From Raillietiella orientalis (taxonomy: Eukaryota): DNA of 64,000 nucleotides. The stretch's first letter is position 1. Each line of letters opens with the position of its first letter. Location: assembly GCA_036172245.1 (NCBI GenBank), contig JAYWIR010000008.1:3410001-3474000 (forward strand), given 5' to 3'. The notes beneath the pieces were generated by a model. That model did no database searches and had not been told where the DNA came from. It was given only the letters and a program-made list of their open reading frames with translations. Below are positions 38,001 to 50,040 of this stretch, piece after piece. Made by a program: the position numbers and the translations under genes.

Positions 38001-41000
38001 AACCTGGAAGGACTCTCAGGTTCCCCCTGGAGACATCCGAGAGTCCTTCCCGAAGCGGCAGCCGGGAAGCCCTTGGAAACCGCCGCTTTCGCCGAAGGCC
38101 AGCGAAGCCGCTGAGACGCCCCTGGGGGTTCACCGAATCGAGAGCGCTCCTTCTCGAGGTCTCATCGGTTCCCTCTTCCCTCCTCCTCTCCCTACTGCGG
38201 TTCACCTCCTCGCGGGTGAGCACGCGCGCGAAGGCGTCGGGATGGAGCTCCGCGGCGCTTCGAAGGACCTTAGAGCCATCATCGGATTGCCACGTCCTGA
38301 CTCTGTGGTCTGCCTGGAGCTCTTCGGCTTCACCAAGGAACGGATGCAGCGAGAGGAGGTGGAAGAAGAGGCGAAGGAGAGAGAGGGGGGGGAGGGAGGA
38401 ACCCAAGAGCGGGGAGCATGACCACTCGGGTCCCGGACCTCCTCCTTCCGCTGCTGCCTCTGCAGCGTCACTTTTTTTTTTTTGTTTTGCCAACGTTGCA
38501 AATGAAAAATGAAAAGGAGGGAGAACATTGCGAGGGAGGGATGGTTGAAAGGGGGAGGGAGAGGTGTTTGAGACTCACGCACCTGCAGTTGGAGAGCTGG
38601 AAAGAGTCGCGCAGCTTCCGGAAGCTCATGTTCAAGCTGAAGATCTCGCTTCTGGAGAAGCCATTCCCTATGACTTCCAGAGCCTTCATCACGTCGAGCA
38701 GGTCATACTCCGCCTCTTCCTCTTCGTTCTCTTCTCCAGTCTGGCCCTCATCTGCAGGCTCCGCAGCCTCCTAGATGAAAGGAGTGTGAAGGTGACCCCC
38801 GTGTTGGTGTCTCGATCAAGGGAAGCTGGAAAGCCTCAGGGGACCCGACGGGATACCCTCTCCTTCCCCGAAGGAGGAGGCACCCGAGGGGCAGGAATCG
38901 CGCGCCTCCTCCGGACGAGAGCGCAGGGAACGCAGCAGCACTCGCTCCCTTGCCCAGGACGCGGGGTCTTGCGGGGGACGCACGGCACAGACAGCGCCTC
39001 GGCACGGAAACTTCTCTGGAAAGGGCGAGAGGGTCACCATCTTATCGGTGGGCAGCACGATGTCATCCCAAAGGCGAGGAAGCAGAGTGAGCGGCCTTCA
39101 ACGTAGGGATGATGAGGGAGGGGTCGGGGGAGATGAGGGAACCTCCAGATGGTAGACCACAGCTGGGCCTTGGGAAGAGACCGGCGGGATCTTTGTGAAG
39201 CTTTTGGACAGCGATCGGATCTTCCATCTGATGGCTTCGGATCGCGAATCGAGCTTTTCCGCTCCCCCAACCTTCCGAGCTCTTCCTCGGCCGTTTCGAC
39301 AGCTTGCGCACCCTTCATGTGCTCGAGTGGGGAGGATCCATGGGTGGGTTCCTGCCGAGTTTTCCCGGAGGAGGAGGGCAGGGGACGCGAGTGTAGACCA
39401 CGCCCTCCACGAAGATTGTGGTCTCCGCTCGCATGCAGCCAACCGGCGGTGGCTCCGAAGTAAGAGCGTTGTTCCTAGGTCGAGCGGGAGCACCCCACAC
39501 ACCCCACACACCTCACGGTGCGGCCTGGCACCGTACTGGGAGCTCCCGGTCGGAGATGGAGCAGCCCAGCGAAACGGCAGCGAATGGGCCAGAGATGAGC
39601 GCGGGTTCGTTTCCGTGGCTGCTGCGGGGCGCGGGACGGATGCAGAACCCTTCCCTTCCTCTGTTTCGCTCCCCTCTCAGGAAGATACACCTCGGCGCGC
39701 CACGAGGCAGATGCTCGTCGCTATCCTCAGGATTCGGGGAACTCTTCGAGGTAGCAAGGGCGCGCATGCCAGACGAAGAGCGGAGGAGAAATTCGTTCGG
39801 GGATACCGGCGCCTCCTCTCCGAAGCGCAGCAACCGCACGACGCATATCTCCCATCCCAGCGAAACTGTAGGCGCAGTGTTTCCAGGCAGCCCGCATCCA
39901 GTTCCGGCAAACCTCACCCCGCTGCTCTATCTCAGCCGAACTCCCTCAAACCGGCAGCGTTGGGTTCTGCTGGGTACTTCAATGCAAACAGCGGTGGCGA
40001 CATCTGCCTGCGCGCTTGACCGCTCCCTGTAACACTGTTTTGATGGACTTCTCTTAAATCTTTTCAGATCGCTTCGTTCAATGATGGGAGGTTCTCTCTC
40101 ATCTTCACCTGCTTCTGCGACCCTTATCACCTGATGAAATCCATCCGACACCCAAGCCATGGACAGATATTGTTTTCTTTTTACAGGTTCTTGCTTGAAG
40201 ATCGTCTGGACATCTCAAAGTCTGCTCTGTGACTAAGAGATCGTTCTTCGTGCATTGCCATATCTCGTCCTGCAAAAAGTGCCTTATCGTCAAGAGACAG
40301 AAAGAAAAAGGAGTCCCTGAAGAGAGGGAAACCTTCTCGAAGGTGTTCCTTTTGTTTGTACTTGAGTTCTGCCATCGGTGGTGATCACGAGTTTATTCTT
40401 TCCTTAAGAACGTTTCTCTGGTTTCCTTGTTGTCAGGTTCACTGTCGCAGAAATAAGGAGAAACGAAAGATGAGATGGAATAGAAGGCTTTATGGAGACT
40501 GTAGTTGAGACTCGTCTGGCAAGGACGAATCTTGGAATGTTATCTGGCATCTTCCTTTTGTTCCTGTTGAAGGGAGCTGGTGGTCATTGCTACGGCTTCT
40601 TTGATTCTGCAAGCAATTCTGTCCTGCTGCTCACTCGCAGCGACCTTCCTTGCGCTTGAGTGCTAACTAAACAGGAGCGTTAACGAGGAGCTGAAGATTA
40701 ACTATGCTCTCTTTGCCACAGGTTCTTGCTCCCAGCACAAGAGACTGCAACAGCTGACTTGTCACGTGTATCTTATCCTAGCAGTTTGCCTCAGATCTTC
40801 GAATTACGATAACTCTGCAGATCTGAGGTCTCATTGCGAACTCAACGCGCGGTTCTAACCGTTTAAAAACACGCGTCAAGCGGCCACACTTCAAAAGTTC
40901 ACGTGCTATTGGTTTATTTTGTCGGTATGTACGACAAATGTGAAGAAAATTCATATTCATATTTATATATATATATTTTTTAATTTGGTAATTGTTTAGG

Positions 41001-42423
41001 ATATGTGAAACGACTTCAACACCAAATGTTACTGGAGTGATTTCGACACACGAGGTGAATGATGTCGTTTTCCAATTCCTCACGAAAACGCACCCCAAAC
41101 TGCCTTCCACTTTGTGTATTCTTCAAGATAGGGGGTACCCCGGGAGAGGTCCGCCCTATGAATCCAGGAAGGACTCGGAGCCCGTTCCTCTCACGTCTGG
41201 GGAGGGATCCCCGGAAATTGAAATCACCTCCACCCTGGTTGTCTCCGAAGGGGAATCCCGAAGAAAATCTCCATCTTTATTCTCTCCGGAGGTCCCCCGG
41301 GGGGGCCCGCTCCATTCTTTCTTCTCTGAAGGGAACACGGAAAGGACCCGATCCTGGAATTTCTTCTCTGGAGGGATCCGCTCCTGTTTTACTCCTCTGA
41401 AGAGAACCCGGAAGGGACGCTTCCGAAATTCAGAAGGACGCAGCTACCCCGAAGAGATCGGCTCGCTTCTCTGCACTCTCTGGAGGGGTGGTGGCGACAC
41501 ACCTACTCCATCAGTACGACGCGGAGGGTCCTCCCGGAATAGGGTGTTCCACTCCTTCACAACAGATGGGGGAACGCTCCACTCCGTGATTCCTTGAAGG
41601 ACCCGGAGGTCGATTCCCATTTGTCCCGGCCCTCATCGGGGTCATCCGGTTTTAACCGCTGCCAATGTCGCACCCGGATGAATGTAGGCCAGCCCGCGTC
41701 ATCTTGTGGGGTGAACTCGGAACCCACAACGCACTGCGTCGATTCCTTCGGAGTATTCGAACCCACGGCGCATGGTGCCACGCGCGGAGACCACCGTAAC
41801 CGCACAACCTCCGGCGTGGGCACTCCGAGAACTTTGTACATTCAAAGTTCTCCACGTATTACACGTTGGGATGTGCTCCAATTTAACCTAAATACGCATT
41901 GGTTGAATCAGGTGACCACCTTTTTCACAAGGCGTTTGATTGAGAAGGGTCAGAAAGTAAAATTTACGAGCCAGCCGAAATTAAGTGTGACTCTTTTCAC
42001 AAGGTCTCTCCCTCCCCTTCCCCCTCGTCCAAATCTGGAAATTCAAATCTCACCTCATGGATGAATAACTCAATTTGTTTATTGCAAAAATCCAGCAAAG
42101 CTTTGTCTATAGGAGGAAACTGGATCGAAAATGCTTTAGCCTCCTTGGCTCTTGCATTCTTAATAGCTTGGCTGATTTCCTCTAAGCATTCGATGCCATC
42201 ATCTGGCTTTCTGTTCAGAAATTCTCTGATGACTTCAACCAGGTGACCATACCTAACATCAGAAAATGAGAAAATAAAATCCGAAGGCAAAAAGCAAAGG
42301 CCATTACAAATTGGTGTTGTATTTCGGACTGTTTCTCATCAGGCTGGCTTTTGCTAGCTGGAATGCAGATTCACTATCACGGTCGTCTCTTGCGTGAAAG
42401 GATTCTTTTTTGTCTTCACTCAT
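26032..42423 (-). CDS. RSPH4A: Radial spoke head protein 4/6 homolog. 10 exons: 42423-42308, 42252-42054, 38770-38583, 35798-35699, 31239-31089, 30390-30251, 30173-30026, 29964-29807, 28518-28286, 26257-26032
   Basis: Phase-consistent GT-AG assembly gives [16 protein letters not shown]..., [137 protein letters not shown], acidic tail; all recalled RSPH4A/6A hallmarks. The ORF track misses most of these exons. Confidence 0.92.
32300..34200 (-). mobile_element. Decayed Ty3/gypsy pol (RT + RNase H) in RSPH4/6 intron 4
   Basis: Colinear degenerate motifs: [22 protein letters not shown] (~LLEKGFIRPSxSPWSAPV); [13 protein letters not shown] (~YPLPNIDELLDRL); [13 protein letters not shown] (~LMNEVLGDL); [36 protein letters not shown] (~ILQTDASxVGLGAVLSQ); [28 protein letters not shown] (~NVVADALS). 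Confidence 0.6.
37480..38340 (+). mobile_element. Decayed Ty3/gypsy RT in RSPH4/6 intron 3 (antisense to host)
   Basis: [25 protein letters not shown] (~PPYRMSPxELEEL..LxELLxKGFI), [11 protein letters not shown] (~IPKTAFxTxxG), [29 protein letters not shown] (~ISxEGV..KVxAIxxWPRPxNVKELxSFLG). Confidence 0.5.
39240..39760 (+). mobile_element. Possible decayed LTR-retrotransposon integrase core in RSPH4/6 intron 2
   Basis: PRPFRQLAH (~xRPWQRLHID), IHGWVPAE (~HSKWVEA), [14 protein letters not shown] (~SxPYHPxSNGLAE), [10 protein letters not shown] (~LLAYRTT), in order but weak. Confidence 0.33.
41112..41830 (-). mobile_element. SINE-like repeat copy 1 with two tandem tRNA-like (B-box) units at the 5' end
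   Basis: Colinear similarity to 60302-60945 (shared TTCTTCAAG.TAGGGGGT, CCCTATGAA.CCAGG, TACTCCTCTGAAGA, GAAGGGACGCTTCC, GATTCC.GAAGGACCC, CACAACCTCC). The minus strand carries GGGTTCGAATAC and a second GGGTTCCGAGT motif. Confidence 0.7.
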
Positions 42424-42681
42424 CCCCACCTTTCTTCTGTTGGGTGCGCTCACGAAATTCTCATCCTTTTTTGTGAGATGCCTTTCATCATTTAATCATT
42501 ATTTTTTTTTTTCATTTAGATGATGATTTCTGATTCAAAATTTTCATTACCACAGTATGAGTCATCTTGAAATTGGAAGCTACTAATTTCGAATCAGAGT
42601 CTGTCTGGAAGGAAAATCCGCCTTTGGTGTCCGCATACGGATGTTGCGTGTTGCTGTTGTGCAAACGACCCATTACGGTTT

Positions 42682-43120
42682 TTGATTTCAAGAGCCCGGA
42701 TGATGTACGTATGGATCAATAGTCCCAAGTATTCACCATGGATCACACACGGCAAATATTACATTTCATGCTACGCAGAGCGTAACACGAACATGCAGGA
42801 TGTACACCACATGTACATCTGCCTGAATAGCGTGGGCCGAAACACGAACTTCGTAGCTACCAATTTGGCAGAGTTTGCAAAGTTTCGAGCATACTATCAA
42901 AAGTATGCACGGCTCTCACGAGAGTTTTTCATTTAGTTTGCATGAATAGTTTGGCATTCCCTGTTATTGTATTTATTTCCATGGAATGTGCCTCATGAGA
43001 GTACGGGGCCTAGAACAGTCTCGACTCTCATGAGAGAGCTGTACAAGTACTCTCCTTGCGGCCTACCTACTTCCCTTCCCTTCCACCAATTCTTTATGCT
43101 GGAAGCGTAATTTTTGAAGA
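42682..43120 (+). mobile_element. Decayed Ty3/gypsy RT fragment immediately upstream of RSPH4/6
   Basis: SPKYSPW..., MYICLNSVGRNTNFVATNLAEF (~DYRKLNSVTxKDxFPLPNIEE), YYQKYARLSREFF, ELYKYSPCGLPTSLPS (~LYxYxxMPFGLxNAPA). Confidence 0.42.
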
Positions 43121-46100
43121 AACTCTGATCTAATAACTCCCTTAACACTCACTATACACCTTGGTCTAACACAAAATCTCGAAGGTCGGTGCCAAATCCG
43201 TATAGTCCTCATGTTAGTGTATCCTATTCTTATGTTCCTTACTCGTGACAGTTGTGGCAACATCCAGACAAATGACATTATATTTTGGTAAAATTATGGC
43301 AAAAACAATTGGGACCAAACAAAACACATCGATGGCTATAAGAATCATTGTATAAGTGGACTTCTCTGGGAGAAAAACACACACACACACTTTATCAGCT
43401 TTTGTTTCAATTTACGAATAATATTTTTTTTTTTTTTGAAAAAAAAAAAAAAAAAAAAGAACAAAGAATTCAAGGAGATATATGACAAAGCACTCAGCAT
43501 TTTCAGATACTGCAACATGCTTCTTATATCTTAGTGATTACAAATACAAACTTTAGTGTGAAGCAGAGGTGAAATAGCTTCAACTTTCTTTAGCTAAGCT
43601 GATTTCAATCACGATTTTAAAATTAACTTTAATAAAAAACTATGCATTAATACTGAAACCGCTCATCAGAACACTGGCATATTTAAAAAGTCTCTTTTTA
43701 ATATGCATTTCTTCATCTATGCAAGGTACACAGTTTATAGTTTGCTCATCCAAACTGAATTTTGCTCCGGATTTTCTCATGTTTATCTAATTTTCCTCAG
43801 TGTGCCTTATTATTTGATTTTTCAGTTTTGCATCATCCCGCTTGGAGAGAGAGAGAGACAGAGAGAAAGGAAGAAAAGCTTACGCGCTTGGCCTAAGAAT
43901 TATTAGCTAAAAAGCACTGTTCCTTACTACAAACAAGGCTAGAAAAATCATCAAAATATTTTCTTTAGAACAAAATTCAAGAAACTTCACTTTCAACTTA
44001 CTATTAAGAGAAAATCTCCAATGATTCGATGGAAAGTTTCTTGTGGCTTCTTCAACAGAACTCAAGGAAGCTGTGAACATTGTTGAATGCTTTTTTTTTT
44101 TTTTTTTAAAAAAAAAAAATCTCTTGATGAAACATCTTTAGACATTGAATTCCCAGCTTGCTATTCAATGCCAAATACACTCCATATAGGAACTAGCCAA
44201 ATATTCGGACTAAGCAGTAATATTTATTATGTAATAGTTTATTTTTTTTTAGAATAATTTACTTGATCTCAGTATAGGTACTGATGGAACATTTCAGCTC
44301 TGACGTTTGAATTATACGTATTTTCCCTGTCTATTAAGGAATGTTTGTGAGCAGATAAGGAATAATTATGTGTGCAAGTATTTAAAAAACATGAGTGGAC
44401 ACTTTAATTGAACAGCCCTTACTATTTGCAGGAGCTAATGCTTTAGTAATAATTACAATAGCTCCTTTTACACATGCTACTATAAGTAGATTAAATTAAG
44501 CAAAAAATGAAGGGACATAAATAGTCATCAACCTCGGAGAAGATCTCATAGGCAAGGGATAAGATGTAAACATATTTTAAAGTCAGAATGCAATCAGCAA
44601 ACACGAAATGATTTATGCCTATGTAGTTGTCTAATAAAATAACATTGATAGAAACGAAAAAAATCCGTAACTACTTAATGAATTTGAATTGAATCATTCG
44701 TACATACACATTAAAAAAATTACACTTCCACTGTACACGAAAAAAGTATTTTGGTTTTCATTAGAGTTAATACTTTACTTTCATTTGTTTATGCTTTCAT
44801 TACATTTTATACCTACTTTACATATACGGAAATTCCGTCTCTCATCCTGTTTTAAAACTTTCCGACATCGTTATGAGTAATGAATTTTATAAATAAAGAA
44901 TTGTGGACTCTTTTCGACTATATCTGCATTTGCGCCAATTTCAAATTAGTGAATATCAATAAATTATGCAGAAATGTACAGTTCTAATAATGTACTTAGT
45001 TTTTTAGAAAGAAATGAGAATGAAGGCAATGTTTTCGATTTTTAAAATTTGATAATTGTTTAAAACAGAAAAATATTTGGATTTATAAACGATTCAAACA
45101 CTAAATATCACTAGCCTAATTCCGACACAAGAGACAAATATCTCGTATGGTGACTGTCAATTTCATCTGAAATATCTTGACGAAATTGTCTGCTATTTGT
45201 AGGTTCAACTGCTCCACATATTGCATTAAAAATGTGCTTCAATTCAACCTAGATTTGCATTAGTCTTTAAACCTTTCAGTTTCTTTAGACCAATAACTAT
45301 TTTTAAATGATTTTACTGATAATTGGAAATTGCCAGTAAAATTATTAGACATGCTTTTATCTAAAAACTTCCCTCAGTCTGGGAATCAGATCTCACTTCG
45401 TGTACTAATAAAGGAATTTATTCCTTACATACAACCGACATTGCTTTGTTTATGGAAGGGAACTACATCGAATTTGCTTTTGCTTCTTCGGATTTTATGA
45501 GTGATTTCCACATTCAATATTATCTTCAATAATCACAGAGGATGGTCATTACTCTGGGACTGTCTTCTATCATGTATTATTGTTTGTTCACATTTATCGA
45601 ACGCTTCATTGATCTCCATAAAGAGAATTCATTTACAAAATTCAACTCTTCAATTCAGAACCGAACATTCATGTAGAAAGACTAGATGGAAAGGAGAAAG
45701 AAAGGAAGTCTAAGTGTCTTTAAAAGTTTCCAGTGCTTCAGGTTTAAATGGTTTCATTATTTCATGACCTGTTTTGATGCAGAGATGGGGAAGACAGGGG
45801 GAGGGGAGGATGGATAAAACTGAAGAAAACACGCACGTGCATTGTGAGAGTCGTAAATCATATATTTCTTCCTAAATGAAAACATGCAGAAACCAAACTG
45901 TTCTTGTTTGGTTTCTGGATGAATGTCATCCTCCTCTATTTCAGAAACTTGAAAATCGTTGCTCTAGGACGATGTCTATTTGCTGTCTGTCGGAGCAAAT
46001 CAAGTTGCCGTTTGAAACCGACTTGAAACACAACTTTCTGTTTGCATCTCAAATCTCTTCGGTGCTGGATTTATCAGAAGAATAATTTTGCTTCAGAAAT

Positions 46101-47190
46101 ACATGTGTTTATTTTAACAAGTATCAAGTATCAATCCATTCGTGCAAACTACTTATTAGTTTCAATCAACGCAAGCAAATGGCAAGCAAATGTTCACTTT
46201 GGGAATAATTTTCCTTTTAAGCTGATAAAAAGGGTCTGTAAAGAGAAAGTCCAAAAAACACAATTTTTTTTTTTTTTAATTAAGGAGAGGCGGCGACATT
46301 GCAAGGGCAGTCAATGTTGCATCCAAGTTCATTCATATGCTCGGTGAGGTCACGTGAGGAATTGAGCGATGGTTAGCTTTGCGAGAGCACACAGAGTTTT
46401 TGTTTCTCATGGATTCACAATCAGGTGATACGGCTAATACGGCTCTCCACGACTTGAACAAATTTTTCTTTTTGATCAAGTGACAAGATGCATGGGATGC
46501 GTGTACACAGGAGATATGTGTACAGAGCTTACGCAAAACATATGTGAACGTGGAAGTCCGTGTGCGCCTCTAAACCGGGGTTCCTCAGCTTGTAGATCTT
46601 TTTGATCGTTAGTCAGTTTTATAAGTTCATCAGAAGGTCGACGAAGAAGCCGCTCGTTTTCGGAAATGATGCGTGTCATTTCAATCTTGATTAGAAAGTT
46701 AATGATGCGAGTGTGAGAAATGTGCGTATGTTTTTGTGTGTGCGTTTGCGTGTGTTTTTTTTGGTTATTATAAGTTATGAGATTCCCATGGAATTTTCAA
46801 AATTCTTCCAGGACTAAGAAACGGAGTTTGTATGTGAATGTGGTGGCAAAAAAAAAAAGAAAAAAATCAAACACCACTATGCAATATGTATGAGTAACGT
46901 TAGAAGAATATGATTGAATTATAGAGATGTGGAACCGATATAATGGGCACATATATATAGATATATACTACCTAACTCAATTAACTGCCGATTTACATGA
47001 AGAGTGACTTTTTTCATAATCTATGAGATTCAGAATTAGGATGTACGTTTCATGTATACAGAACTGTATAGCCCATTTAGCATATCACACTTAAAATGAC
47101 TTACAAAAAGTAGGATTACTTAATTGTTTCAACAGACAAAGTCGACACTATTATTTGAATTATCAAGTTGAAGTTAGTTTGAAAGTTGCT

Positions 47191-50040
47191 ATGGAACTCC
47201 AGGCCTTTGAAGTTTTTAATGAATATATTTTGTAAGTAAACAAGTTACTTAGTTGATTTAAGGATTTCTTATAATAATGTAAAAGAATTGTTGGAAAGCT
47301 AAATGACTTTCATATGTGAAAGCCTAATCCCCCCAAATTAGGACCAGTGTGTCGAAATTATATCAATCAACGCAATTGCATGTTTTAGATATGAAAATGC
47401 TGACAAATTTTTCATTGAGCCTGTAAAAAACAAAGCTGATATCCTTGTAATTGATCGTGTTACACAAAATATTTCACTTGAAAGTAAGTAAAAGTCATTT
47501 GCTGAAAATTCTCTAATCATTTATAAAGGAAAGTTTTCTGTTGAAATGGCAGAAAAATGCTGTTCATTCTATGGTATAGTAGGCATTATTCATTTGATAT
47601 CAGGACCATACTTAATTATAATCACTCAGAGATCCTTAGTAGGGAAACTGAATGGCCATGATATATACCAGACGAAACAAGTACAGCTAATTTCATATGC
47701 AAAAACAAATCTACATCTCACAGAAAAGCAGGTTGGTTAGAAAACTTGGTAAATGCTTAATTCACATGAGTTGGTTTCTAGATATTTAATAAAAATGTTT
47801 TAAATGCTATTAATTTCTTCAATTTAATTAGTTATTTCAAAATTAAATCAATAAGGTGCTTTACTTTTGCTATTGTCACATCTTATTTTTATGCAATTGC
47901 TTCCTTTCACCCATATGATCATATTGAAATCCATATGCATATATGAACTAAAAGTAAAAAAGAAATAAAATATCTCTGCATAATAAATTAGTGCAATTCT
48001 CTTCAAGTTTATGTTACATGTTATTATTGGTGATGTTATAATATACATGGTATTCATCAAACTTAATGCAAACTTTTTTTCAGTCTTCCTACAATGAGAT
48101 CTACAAAGCTATGGTGCAGAGTGTTATGAATGTACCCTATTTTTACTTCAGTTATTCATTTGATGTAACACATTCTCTTCAACGATTGCATAATACTAGT
48201 CCAGAATTCTCTCAAGCAAGTACCTGAATTTCATTACCATTTTAACATTTTAACTGATCTGTGTAGATGTCTTTGATTGAGAGAGCTGATCCACGATTTG
48301 TTTGGAATGGATTTATCCTTCGAGATCTTACATCCCATGTAGAATTGCAGAAATTCTGTTTGCCACTGTTGCATGGATGTATCCTTTGAACACTTACAGT
48401 GGTTTATAAATATACCTAAATAGTGACTTAGTTATATCCATAAATAATTCACAAATTAATGGTAAATTTTTCAATTGGGCCCTGATATCACGTCGGAGCT
48501 GCTTTCGAGCTGGTTGCCGCTATTTTGTTCGTGGTCTTGATACTGATGGACATGCTGCTAATTCTGTTGAAACTGAGCAAGTCATTGAGTTTGAAGGCAA
48601 TAGAGCTTCATACATTCAGGTATGCTAAATGATTGTAGTGCTTATGATTCTTTTGAAACTTTTAAAAAAAAAAACACAAACTTGATTGCTTGTATTATAC
48701 TGCATAGCTCATTGACTGATTGTTTTAGGAAAGTTATTTGTACTTCATAATGTAAATGCCAGCTTTAATTTCCAGGTGATTATATTTTGATCTTTCAGAG
48801 TAGAGGCTCAGTCCCTTTGTTTTGGAATCAAGAACCAGATCTCAGGATAAAACCTTCCATAAAATTAAAAGCACATTCTAATCAACTAGAAGGCTTTCAG
48901 CGCCATATTAGCACTCAGCTATACAATTATGGTCCCCAGATTCTTGTGAACTTGGTAATATGTACACATATGCTTCTAAAGTACCTTTTGTATTTTGGAC
49001 TTTTTCAGTTGGACAAGAGAGGAATGGAGGGAAAATTAGGAAAAGTCTTTGCTGACACAGTTGAATCAAGTAGAAATCTAAATGTCAGGTAGACTCTAAT
49101 TATTAGGATTACTGACTTTGAGTAGTTATGTAGCATTTGACTTTCATCAAGAATGTGGCAAGTTTAATTGGGATCGATTAAACCTGCTATTGGAGCAACT
49201 GATGGAGGCTCAAAATAAGCAAGGTTACTTTATAGTAAACAAAGATGATGTAGTGATTCAGCAGCAAGAAAGTGTGTTTCGCACCAATTGCTTAGATTCC
49301 TTGGATCGCACTAATGTTGTCCAAAGTGCTTTGGCTAAAAGTAGCATGAACAGAATTCTTAAACAGCTTGGAGTCCTTAGTGGATCTTGCTTGGCAATTG
49401 ACAGCTGTGAATCGATGTTTCAGCAATACAGAAATGTATGGGCGGATCATGCCAATGTCCTTAGCATTCAGTATGCAGGCACAGGTGCTCAAAAGACAGA
49501 TTTTACAAGATATGGGAAGCGTACAAAACTAGGTATAATACAGGATTGTGTGAACTTTTTTCAACGTTATTACAAGAACAATTTTACTGACGGATTCCGG
49601 CAGGCAAGTTAATAAAAGTGTCAATGTCTTTTTCAGATTCTTTTTAGGACTCTGTAGATCTGTTTCTTGGGAATTACATCATTGAATCCTATGAAGGCTT
49701 AACTAAACCTAGTCCTTTGGAATATAAGCGTGAGCTACGGTTTTTAGCTGTGAGTTACATACAGTCTTGTTACCATGCTCAGTTTTCTCTCAGATTCCTG
49801 TCATTTTTCTGATAGCTGTTTCCATGATTTTCATGACACTGCTTGTTACCCAAGGTAAAGTGAGATAGCTTTTCCATGTACTAACTTCTTGCCACAGAAT
49901 ACAACACAGAAGTAGCTGTGTATTTGTGTATTTGGATAGCAATGTTAATTGCCACCATCATAGTGATTGGTTATTATGCAAAAGAATTTGTGGATTTCCC
50001 AAAATTAAGTAGTTGTAGAGTTAAAGGGAAAATGGAATAG
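47191..50040 (+). CDS. SACM1L: Phosphatidylinositol-4-phosphate phosphatase SAC1
   Basis: [88 protein letters not shown], catalytic [46 protein letters not shown], two TM segments, C-terminal KGKME* (KxKxx ER retrieval). Contains one U12-type and two GC-AG introns. Confidence 0.96.

Noticed and set aside
26300..40100. Dense overlapping 100-270 aa ORFs on both strands, suggesting a bacterial or viral insert or nested genes
   Set aside because: They are R/P/G/A-rich products of high GC. The region is threaded by phase-consistent spliceosomal exons of RSPH4/6, so it is host intronic DNA.
41690..41830. Functional tRNA genes here or at 60800-60945
   Set aside because: B-boxes are present but no convincing cloverleaf or poly-T terminator, and they are embedded in a longer repeat.
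47185..47198. X-box-like GTTGCTATGGAAC overlapping the SAC1 ATG
   Set aside because: Imperfect half-site about 4.8 kb from RSPH4/6, and it overlaps coding sequence.
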